This document shows, piece after piece, positions 37,572 through 49,214 of a stretch of DNA of 64,000 nucleotides. This DNA is from Azolla caroliniana (lineage: Eukaryota > Plantae > Polypodiophyta). Where the stretch lies: NCBI GenBank assembly GCA_043228905.1, contig JBHGNT010000001.1, positions 29,698,001 to 29,762,000 of the forward strand, read 5' to 3'. Position 1 is the stretch's first letter; each line of letters opens with the position of its first letter. The notes under the pieces are model-generated. The model was not told the DNA's origin. It did no database searches and saw only the letters and a list, made by a program, of their open reading frames with translations. Made by a program: the position numbers and the translations under genes.

Positions 37572-39925
37572 TCAGTCCCCGACAAAATCATGGTTTGTAG
37601 ATTCCCATATGACAGTGCCATCACATGTACACAACTTCTTATAATTCTCGCCAATGCCAGCACTCCGAGCAATGACAGTGGCTGCGATTCCTACTTCATA
37701 TTTTCTTTCATTATCATACACAACCACGGATCTTCCTGGTAGATCTGCTACGGTGAGCATTTCTTTCAATCCTGAATATTCTGCTTTTCCAGTAGCATCA
37801 GCAAAGAGAAGACCAAGGTCTCCAGGGAGCTGCATCAAATTGAGAGCAAAAACATTGTTGATTCATTAGAGACCAAACAATGACCTGATCTAGTGTCTTC
37901 ATGTAACAACCAAAAGCAGCACTTGTATTTTAGTATATTTTCCCATATTCTTGTTAAAAATGCCGTTTTCTTCTTCTTTTTCAAATTAGGTGAGCAATTC
38001 GTTCGATAGAAATATTAGCTCCACTTAACTTCGTTTAACTTGAGGCCAAACAATGACGATCTAGTGTCTTCATGTTACAACCAAAAGCCGCAGTTGTTTT
38101 TTAGTATTTTTTTCCCCATACTCTTGTTGGAAATGCCTTTTTCTTCTTCTTTTTCAAAATTAGGTGTGCAATTTGTTAGATAGAAATATTAGGTCCACTT
38201 ACTTCAGTTAACTCGACACTAGTCGGTGGGTTGTATATTTTCCCTGTACTAGCCGCTCCTTGAGTTAAATCCCCATACTCGTTAATCGACCATCCATGGG
38301 CCCCTTCTGATAACCCACTAAAATTAGCATCAATCCGAGCCATTGTCATATTTAACTGTAAAATCCACACCACACCATATATCTCCGGACCCTTGAATTC
38401 AGCTACAGCTACAGAATTTGGAATATCTGCATCAAAATATATAGCTCCTATATTAAATACTGGGGACATTCAGACAAAATAAAAACCTCCCTGCTTTTCA
38501 CGGAATTCCCAAGTATTTTCAAAGTTCCCAGAAAGTACCCCCATATTTGATGAAAGTACCAAATACCCCTCAGTTTCTCTAGAATTTGTTTTCTCTCTGC
38601 AATTTAATATCTCAACTTTGCAAAGATGATGCTGGTATTTAAAGCAATAAGGAGGCCAGAGAGAGATAGAGGAGTATTTGGGGGATTTCTCAAAAAAAAG
38701 GAGTATTGGGGAAATTTCTTGAAAAAAGAGAGTATTTTAGTTGTACGTGAGTAGGGGTATTTCAAGAAGTTTGTGTGAATGGAAAGAGAAGAAGGCTGTT
38801 CTGATTGAAAAACTACTCACAATTTGGTACCCCTTGGCCGATAAGCCTTGCTTTCCGTCCTGTTTTCCGTAAGGCTTCCTTCAAGGATTTTAAACTTGCT
38901 GTGCCTTCTACTCTGACTAAATTATTTGGGCGATCAACCTCAACTACTTTGACTCCTGATTGTTACAAATGGCCAAAAGAAGAAGATCATGAATACATAA
39001 TCCACCTTCAAGATTTTCACACTGCTATTTTACTATGTTGTGTGCCCACTACATGGAGCTTAAATTCGAACTTCAATATTAACGCTTAAGATCACTTTGA
39101 ACAATTTGCATGCGTGTGGATTCAGCGAAAAGTTAGCCCGCTCCTACATTTTAAATCTCGAAATCTTTTGTTTGATTATCATTCCATGAAGATTGATCAC
39201 ACTAATCTTCTAAGTTGATTCTTGCTTGATGAAGATTAACTTGAAGTAACTACATGTATTAAGTTTCCCAATAATAGAAGAGACGATATATGGAAAAAAA
39301 AAATCTAGAATACCTTCAAGTATGCATACCTTCTAGAGGCTCTAACTTCTCGCGAATGGCAGACACACACTCCTCACTCTCCATCTTCACCATGAACTCT
39401 GTCTGAAAAACAAGAAAGTGAGATTTGAAACCAGACCATGAAGATTTGGTCCATTATAACACAACATTGGCCCATTAGTAGATATGGGAACAAAAGAAAT
39501 TCCTTTCTTCACCATTACATCAGGAAGACTACCTATCATGACCCATCATGTATGCATATATACATATGAGAGAGACGTGTCATATATGTATATATGATAC
39601 GGACATATGTATATATATATATATATATATACGTATATACAAACATCTCTACATATACACAAAAAATGTACAAGCACGCACATATATATACATATGCCTA
39701 TGGATAGTTACACACACACACAAGGAGTTTATTGATATTCATTAGCGATTGCTGAGCAGAGAATATATTTACATAATGAAAAAGGAAACAAACAGATTCC
39801 TAGAGAAAGACAGATGAAACACACACAAAGAGAGAGAGAGAGGGAGAGGGAGAATAACTTACGAGCTGTGAGAATGTATCCTGAGAGAAGGGTGTCTTAT
39901 TGCTTGGAGCTCCACCCAAATCCAT
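37572..39925 (-). CDS. CCS: Copper chaperone for Cu/Zn superoxide dismutase, 5 exons, ~250 aa
   Basis: Exons 39925-39863, 39402-39330, 38955-38821, 38426-38203, 37829-37572. HMA-like domain I (TEFMVKMESEECV..GRKARLIGQG), SOD-like domain II (AVAEFKGP..WSINEYGDLT.GAASTG) and domain III (RSAGIGENYKKLCTCDGTVIWE). The start codon is less certain. Confidence 0.93.
37870..38215. repeat. ~172-bp tandem duplication spanning the CCS exon 4 donor site
   Basis: ccaaacaatgac..gatctagtgtcttcatg...gatagaaatattag.tccactta..cttc..ttaact occurs at ~37872 and ~38046. Confidence 0.88.
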
Positions 39926-40060
39926 GAGCAAAGAAAAAGAAAAGAGTTGCGGAAGAAATCGATGTGTTGGTGAGAGACTGGAGATGAAAACCGAAGGAAG
40001 AGAGAGATAGAAGAGACCGTGTTGCAATGTTAAGCTCTGCTCTCTGGTTTTCTGAATTAA

Positions 40061-40173
40061 CTCTAAAAAAACAAAAAAAAAGATCAAAGAAAAACCTCTA
40101 AAAAAACAAAAAAAGATCAAAGAAAAACCTCTAAAAAAAAGAAAACCCTTGCGTTTTCCATGGTGTTTCTTGT

Positions 40174-40211
<38 letters not shown>

Positions 40212-40530
40212 CAAGATTTATGTACATGTACACATATGTTTACTTCTGGATCCATGGCTTCCTCTCTTTAGGTGTCAATGATGAGGGGCATCTCGACAAA
40301 ATAACAAACAAACTTAGGGGTATCTGGGGACAATAAAGACAAAAGCACCAAGCTCTTCCCCCTCCTAAAATTAGATCCATCCATGGCTTTCTCTTTCCCG
40401 GTCGATGAAGAGGCCATCTCAACAATATAACAAACAAACTTAGGGGTATTTGGGACAATAAAGAAAAAAAAAAGAAGCATTGGGTTTTTCCCCTCCTAAA
40501 ACTTAGATGCCTAGCTATCAACCATGGCCC
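40061..40530. repeat. Repeat mosaic upstream of CCS: ~34-bp tandem, (GATA)n and ~128-bp duplication
   Basis: ctctaaaaaaacaaaaaaagatcaaagaaaaac x2-3; (GATA)n at 40175-40212; ccatggctt...aacaaacaaacttaggggtat..gggacaataaag..cccctcctaaaa x2. Confidence 0.85.
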
Positions 40531-42471
40531 TTTTTAAGTGCCTCGTGCTTGATTCATCTTCTATAGTTTGACCAATCAATCCATCATGATTGTGGCATAA
40601 ATTTCAATTGTTGTAGCATTGCCGGTAGTTGCATCATGCCAAGTACTTTACATGGGTTTGTACTCTCACATTGAGCAATAAATGCTCACAAACAATAGGA
40701 TGTGTTCAAATTACTCTTTGCCCGAGCACCAAATCCATCATTCTCATGAATTATAGCCCATAGTCAAGTAATAGCACAAGATTGTAGCTAACCATCACTT
40801 AGTATTTAATGATATTAGAACCATCATTATGCATGGTGCCAGACAACACATTTTGTGGTTACAAATGTGTTGCCCCTACTTTTAGGTTGAGATCCTCTTA
40901 ATAAGTTCAAGTGTTTTAATTTGCACTTTTATTGTGGAAGTATGTGATTTATGTCTGCCTATCGTTGGTGTGCATGGCCATGCATCTTGGATTCATCACG
41001 ACAATTTTACGTTTGCTTATTTGCCTTTGTACATGAATTTCAATGATGGCAAAGTCATGTTTGAGAGCTCTAAGTTGGTCTCATTTTAAGAAGTTTGGTT
41101 TGTTTACAAATACCAATCGACGTCATCTGTTTGTGATTGATATGGTGTTATGTGGCGATGCTATCAAATCATCTTAATATTCCTTATTTATTGAAGAAAG
41201 TTATTGTAAGGTTCTACAACCTTTATACATTAAATGTTATATGTGACAAGAGAAATGGGCCATATATTCTTTTAGTCTTGTACGAGTATATATATGTAGA
41301 TACATGTATGGGGGGGGGGGGGGGAAGGGGCTTGCCCTAGGAAGTTTGTACTCAATCATGTGTGTGTGAAGCGAGACTTGTATTAATGGGAAAAAAAAGT
41401 AGTGATGGAAAACCTAAGCTTAATGCCCTTATGCACAATATTGGTCAAGAGTTTCTTGATGTTGCAATATGGTTATAGAAGAGTTTGTTGACATTCCATG
41501 GAAAAGGAACATGAGATTAAGCTCTGTGACATCTCAAAAAAAAAAAGGGTAACATAAACTCATGTCTCTTTAGACAGTTCCCACTATTCATAATCAGCTA
41601 GAAAAATTGATCAACCACCTATACATCTAAAAGATGTATCCAACGCCCTCTTTCATTCAGAATTATGGCTTCCAGTATGACCGATTCACGCAACTTCTTT
41701 TGTGGATTTGCACATGATGTCGAGGTCCCCAATCTATATCTACTCGATATGAGGCATCAATGATCAGAGGGTGATCCGATTCCCAAAAGGTTTCGTGCAA
41801 AAAAAACACAAACCAAATACAAGCTCGAGAATACCGCCTGACATGTTTCCGTAACATGCTAGCTTCTTCATATATACATTATTATGTTGATGCCAATGTC
41901 GGCTTTTTTCCGGTAAGCAAATGCGATTTCCGTGTCTGGTTCCGCAGAAGTTGTTAAAAATGCAATTGACAAATCAATCAATAAACTGCATAGTACTGTA
42001 AATGCATCATGTATGTGCCGGTAAAATCTGATAGAGAGAGTTTTTAACGGTTTTTTTGAAAGTAGAGGAAGACGACAGAAGACAGAAGAAGAGTGGAGGG
42101 CGAGGAATTCTTTAAGTTTCTTGTGGCTTAGAGAGGAAACATGGCATGCCAATTTTTCCTTCTGCAGAAACAATGGCACTTCCTATTAATCCTCCCACCA
42201 TTACCCGTTGCACATACAAAAAAGAAACTGTGATTCATTCTAACCCTCTTCTTCTTCTTTTCCTGTTTTTTCTTCCTAGATGGGCTCTTTCATAATTCTG
42301 CGTTTATTCGTTTTTCTTTTGTTAAATTTTCTTGTTTCCTTTCTTTATCTACGTATTTCCTTCTAATTTAGAGCCTTAATAACAGCTGATTCTTCTCTGC
42401 TTATTTTGTTGCAGATTTCCATTAATACAATGTTGATAGAGCACAATTGCTTTTTTCTGTGATTATTCAAG

Positions 42472-45400
42472 ATGGAGGAATCAAATTTGTTCTTCTTTGT
42501 TTTCTTTGTCTTCATCTCATCCAGAGGTCATGTCGATGCTTTGAGCTCAGATGGTATGCGAAAGTTTTTTATCCTAATAAATAAATGAATAAATACATCT
42601 ATATGCATATAAGTATAAAAATGCCAATGTTCAAGCTTCTTTGTACCCACTTTTTCGTCTTGGAAATAAATTGAAATTCATATTTCTAATTATCGAGTCA
42701 GTTTTTGAGTGAAAGATTTTGATTCTTAATAGAAGTATAAAAATGTTAAATAATTGAAGCATCCCACAAATGACACCCTCAAAAAGAAAAGAAGAAGAAG
42801 GAATACGTTCTGTTTCATGCACATATTTTCTCTTGAAATTTTTGGCTTTCTACTTATTTCATTTTTGTCATAAATTTCTGTTTTTCTATTCAGGCAAAGC
42901 TCTACTCGAGTTCAAAATGGGTATGAAAAATGCAAATGTTGTGCTTCCCTCGTGGAGAGAAGAGGATGAAGACCCCTGCAATTGGCCGGGGGTCTCTTGT
43001 GACCCTCTCACGAAACGTGTTGTTCACTTGTAAGAAATTGCTTAAAATCTTCAACATGCAAACAAGTTTTATGGTACTTGATACCGAGAGATTGATGACT
43101 TACCATTCCTTTACAATGATGAAATTGTCGTATATTAGGAATTTACCATTCAAAAGGCTGTCAGGTCGAATATCACCATCACTGGGGAATCTTACAGAAC
43201 TGCGACGATTGTATGAATCTTAAATTTCCTCATGATTTTAATGTTTTCTAGTACTCAAGAAAAGAATCTCCATCTGTGATAGTGTTTTGTAGAAAAAACT
43301 TCATTTATCTGATGATATCACTTCTTTGGTAATAGAGGGCTACATCATAACAGTCTCTTTGGTCCCATCCCAGCCGAGCTCAGAAACTGTTTCAAATTAA
43401 AATGCCTGTGAGTTTTCAAGCTTCTTCTCTTTTCATTTCTTATCTCGGAAGTAATAATTTCGATACTGAAGAGCATGTATTGCGGTTAAGTTTGGTTATG
43501 CCATTATTTGAAATAAAAAATGAAGTAACCAATCCTACTATATTAATGGCTATGGTGAGTTTGGTTGGTGTCTTCAGAAATAAATAAATCATACTAACCG
43601 ATCCAGAGGGTCTTAGTATGTTGGGTCTCTGATCTCTCATCTTAAGGAAATTTCTGACCTGTCATCAATGGTGAGGTAAATCTGTCACACGAGCGAATAA
43701 AGATGAAAGTTTTGTTATCATTGTTTTAATTCTGGATGATATATATAGCTTGAATGCTGAATGACTTACATATCACTAACAAAGAAATTTTTTATTATCC
43801 AACAGATACCTAGAAGTGAACTACCTGAGCGGCCATATACCAGAAGACCTTGGCAAGCTCACTCAACTTATGATTCTGTGAGCTACACTGACACCCCCCG
43901 TAGTCCTAGTTTAAAAAAACTACTATGGTTGATATGAAGAAAGCTGATATCAAGGAATGTTTGTATCGAAATTTCGTCTATGAGTATTGGATGGTCTAAG
44001 ATATACATTTTGACCATAAGAATCTTTTGGATGATTCTAGTTTAAAAAAACTACTATGGTTGATATGAAGAAAGCTGATATCAAGGAATGTTTGTGTTGA
44101 AATTTCCTCTATGAGTATTGGGTGGTCTAAGATATACATTTTGACCATAAGAATCTTTTGCTGGTTCCTTGATTGCATGTGGAGAAGGGTAATTATGAGT
44201 AAGAAAATGAGACGTTTCCAGAGATGGTTTACAGATTCTGAAATTTTAGTCATGGATCATGGATATTGGATTATCAATCACACTGATTAGGGTTCATGGA
44301 TTACAATACTTGAATTTATCATTTTTGGATTGTATATGATTATGGTTTACTGGATGAAGGATTCTAGGCATGCATTATGCATTATCTATTGTGGATTTTG
44401 GATTCAATGGTGTATTTTATGAATAGTTAACTATAGATTGTGGGTTCCCCTTTTCAAATTTTCAATTCTGAATATTTAATTCGAAATCCCTAATTTTTGA
44501 GTTATTAAATATTGATAACCGTTTTACTATTAACTTGCTTTTTGAAAGAACATGGTCATGTGTGTGTAAAAAACTGTGTGGTATAGAGGAAGGAAATTGG
44601 ATGAGGAAGGAAATTGAATGAGGAGGGAAATTGGATGAGAAATGCATGTTGACGTGATTTACATTTTTTTTTTATAATGATTTTATGTGGTGGGGTGGGC
44701 AGATAAGTTAATCTTGCCTTACTTGGATTTCCATATTTTCTGAATAGGGATCTTTCTAGCAATTCCCTTGATGGGAAAATACCTCAGTCTCTTGGGAACC
44801 TTCAAAAGCTTATCATCTTGTAAGTTTGTGGAAATATTGATTGAAATAATAGAATATGTTGAATCTATCTAGATTTGTTAATATATTTATATACAATATG
44901 TTACATTATGTTTTCCAGCAATGTGTCAACAAACTTTCTGACTGGTGAGATCCCAGAAGGTGGTGCTCTAAGTAGATTCCAGATAGAATCGTAAGTGTCT
45001 GAAATCTAAAGAACTTAACAAACAACCTGACACATTGTGGATTGTGGAAAATTGGCATTGCCAAAAAACTATCTTTAAACCAGATTTGCAAAAAAGTTTA
45101 ATTATTCTTCTTTTTGGTGACTTGTGTGCAAAAGCATACTAATAGTTTTTTTGCAGATTTGTTGGAAACCTGAGATTGTGTGGACGACAAGTCAGCGCAA
45201 TCTGTGTGAGTGAGCTACAGGGGCCTACTGATTCAAGTTTTCACTCTTTCATAACACCATTGAACGAAGGTATTCCTCCTTCAGGTGTGTTCCTCTTTTT
45301 TCTGATTTTTATTTGCAGCATGATTTTTTGACACAATGAAGTTTTTTTATATTATGGTCCCCACCAATTCCCATATAATGCATTTGATTTGGATCTAATA

Positions 45401-47240
45401 TGGATTTATGCATCATAATACATATTTTCTCTTGCATTGCAGGCCTTCCGAGAAAAACCCGACATTATCCAACTGAGCTCCTTGTCAGTGCACTTGGCAC
45501 TGTGGGTGTCTCACTCTTAGTTGCATTGATGTGCTTTTGGGGATGCTTTCTGTATCATAAGTTCTGGAAGAAGTCCAAGCCTTGTTCTAGTTTCGATCCA
45601 ATCGAAAACATCATTGGTACTCTCTTTTCACAAGGAAAAACTTATGGAATATAGATTTCAGCTACTTATTATCTATTCAATTGTTTGTTTTTTGCCCCTT
45701 ATATTATATACGTTTTTGCCAAATTTGGTAAAACTTAGTACAGGCTGAATACTGTTTCTTTCAATTTACGTTTTTTCCAAAACAGATGAGAATTTCTAAT
45801 CATCCCATCTCTTTCATAGGTCTCTAAATGTTACAAACAAGTGGCAATGCATCAATTTGCCTTCGCAAAGTCTCTTGTTTACCCTTGGAACATCTTACCT
45901 ATTCTTACTTGCAATATTTTCAGCTCCTGCAGTCGTCGTCTTCCACGGGGATTTACCGTATACATCCAAAGAAATAGCAAGAAGGATAGACTTGCTTGCG
46001 GAGAGCAATGTGATTGGCTATGGCGGGTTTGGAACTGTCTATAGGCTTGTAATGGATGATGGTAGTGTGTTCACTGTCAAGAAAATAGAGAAACACCATA
46101 TTAGTTCAGATAAAGCTTTTGAAAGGGAATTGGAGGTCTTGGGTAGCATCAAACACCGAAATCTGGTTAATTTACGAGGTTACTGCAATGCACCGTCCGC
46201 ACAATTGCTTATCTACGATTATCTAGTTGGAGGAAGTCTAGATGAAGTTCTTCATGGTAAGTTAATCTAGGTTTCCTTCATGGACATGACTCTTAGAATG
46301 ATTATTTTTTTACTTACTCATTCTTAGGGACAACTACAGGTGAAACAACTATTTCTTGGGGGGTCAGGATGAAAATCGCTCTTGGAGCGGCACGAGGATT
46401 AGCATATTTGCATCACGACTGCTGGCCGCGGATAATACATCGTGATGTGAAGTCCAGCAATATCCTTCTTGGAGAGAATCTTGAGCCTTATGTATCAGAC
46501 TTCGGACTAGCCAAGCTTTTGAAGGAAGATGATTCACATGTAACGACAGTTGTTGCTGGAACATTTGGTTATTTGGCTCCAGGTAACGATGATGATTACC
46601 ATCCAATTACACGTTTGTTACATGCAAAAGATAAAATTACATGTATATTAACAATGTCCCCCAAATTTGTTTACAGAATATTTACAACATGGAAGAGCTA
46701 CCGAGAAAGGTGATGTATATGGCTTTGGAGTGGTTTTACTCGAGCTCCTGAGTGGCAAACGTCCAACAGACTCTTCATTTGTAGAGAAAGGACTCAATAT
46801 TGTTGGATGGGTGAGTGGATGAGGCTCATTCTTCATTCACACAACACACACATATGTATATATGTACTGTGCTTGATGTTTACGAGTATTGACATATGTG
46901 CACACACATATATACATATCCTGGTTGAGTTACAAGTATTGACATATGTATGTACACAAACATATACATATTGTGTTTGATGGATACAAGTATTAACATA
47001 TGTGTACTTTGCTTGGTATAGGCCAATACTCTTCTAAAGGAGAAGAGATTAAAAGACATTATTGATCCATCATGTGAACTGCCATGTACAGAGAGGCTCG
47101 ACGCAGTGCTTTCCATTGCAATTATGTGCATACATTCTATACCAGATGAAAGACCAACAATGCACATGGTCGTCAAAATGTTGGAGGTTGAGAGTACCTC
47201 ACCGTGCCTGAACGATTTTTATGAATCCAACTCAGATTAA
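42472..47240 (+). CDS. FEI1: LRR receptor-like Ser/Thr kinase, LRR-XIIIa (FEI1/FEI2-like), 13 exons, ~606 aa
   Basis: Exons 42472-42553, 42894-43029, 43139-43210, 43336-43407, 43806-43877, 44748-44819, 44919-44990, 45157-45284, 45443-45616, 45924-46256, 46328-46582, 46677-46810, 47022-47240. Signal peptide, DPCNW.GV.C cap, five 72-nt LRR exons, [38 protein letters not shown], and C-terminus [13 protein letters not shown] typical of FEI. Confidence 0.94.
43906..44160. repeat. ~131-bp tandem duplication in FEI intron 5
   Basis: ctagtttaaaaaaactactatggttgatatgaagaaagctgatatc...cataagaatcttttg occurs twice. Confidence 0.9.
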
Positions 47241-49214
47241 GGCTGGTCCATTTTGTACATTTCAACTCAAAAACCACACACACACACACACAATTCTCCA
47301 TTCAGACACAATGGATGCATTCTTTAGACAATGGGTAAATACCCACCATTTTATTAGCAAATATGTTGTGTACATTGGTGTATTGCTTTGATTTTGATAG
47401 CTAATAAATGTCTACTTAGGGTATCATATTCAAGGATCATAGGAGACTAATTATGAGGGAAAGTGTCTATATCAAAGATAGATGTCAAAACATGGCCAAT
47501 GGTACAATGTGATATTACAAATCAAAATACGAATGATAAGCATTAAATTTTTATATTAAGAAAAAGGCTGAGGTAATATTCGTTTGTATTAGCAAAGAAG
47601 CTTTCAAAATGGGAACAATATTTCCTCTTATTAGAGTTTGCTTATAACAGCTCTATACTCTAATTGGATATATTTTAACTCGAGTTTTCTTAGTGGGATA
47701 CTTGAATTGAATATACTTTAATTAGAGCCTTTAGTCATTGGCCTCTATTAATGTTAATTTTCATTGTGATGGAGATAGAGTTTTCAAGCACACCTAGCCA
47801 TGATCAATTTCATGTAAATGGTGGGTTTAGATGGTATTGCATATTCCATAGGGAAATGGGGAGTATGTTATAGGCATAAATCTAAAGCAATTTCAAGCAA
47901 ATTTTTAATGTTATTAGGACCCTTAAGAAGAAGTAACATGTAATGGTCTTGGAGCCTAAGTTGTAGGGCTATATAAAGGGGACACAAAGATCTCTTATTT
48001 TAGTTCAGTTTGTCCAACGTACAACGTGACAACGATGGTTTTTATGCTTGTCACTAGTATGGTATGTTTTCCACTTGTCCTTCGCTTTGAGATGATCACT
48101 ACAGTTAAACACCATTAAATCATTAAAATTAGCTTAAAAATTAGTCCTTAAGGGTATGCTTATAACACACAAGTCTTGAATGCTCTTGAGCATATCAACT
48201 TTGTGTACAATCAAAAACTTATAAAACATGCACACCGATCATATGTTGATGAGACATAGATGCTATGAGTATAACATGCTACACAAGTAAATAATTTCTA
48301 ATTCACATAAGACCAACATATTTTATTGATGTGATTAATTAGCTTCTCAACATTTTGATTTGTGCGTATATGGCCACCATATACCTAGAATGGCATTTAC
48401 TTGGCCTTGACCATGCAAATTAATATGAAACGAAATCTCAATGGGTCGTTAATATTCAATGACATATTGATACAATGCATTTGAATAGTGAGAATTTAAT
48501 AATTTGAATAGTGAGAGTTTAATAATATTAAAACATCACAACAATCATAAGAGTACACTTAACACTAGTCATTTCCTAAACTATGACCTTTAGAAGCTAG
48601 AAATAGCACGACAACCTTGTTTGTGGGAAAGCCACGAGTGACAAGATCAAATGCCCTAGATGCCTAAACACTTTTTCTGAGCACAAGGTTTAGGTTTACA
48701 CCTATATAAGCTAATGAGAAGATTTGGCCCTGTTAATGGACTGAAAATTAAAATGTAAACTCTCAAGATCTATAAGTGAAAGGGTTTTGGACAAGAAAGC
48801 AAGGGGAAAGATCAGATGAGAGATTGTAAGATAATACAATTAACAATAATGGAGTGAGAAAGCAGACTTCTCTCTCTGTATAGTACATATATATTGTCGA
48901 TATATTGTGTATCGATGTAGGACCTCCTCTATAGCCTCCCGTAATCAGGGATGGACTATTGACCCAATAATATACACTCATGCGTACATTTTTAATGATG
49001 ACCATAGGTTATGGGTGGCATAACCATTGAACAAATCCAAGTGTGGCATGTTTAAGAGAATAATGTGTGGCTGATTGCAATGTTGCATGGGCATTGACAG
49101 GAATTGAATTCCAAGAATTTGACTTAATAAGGTTGAACCCTAAACCACTATGCCAAATCCCTATGGCTGTAAATGTAGCATGTTGATTCAAATATATATC
49201 TTGTATTTAACTTC

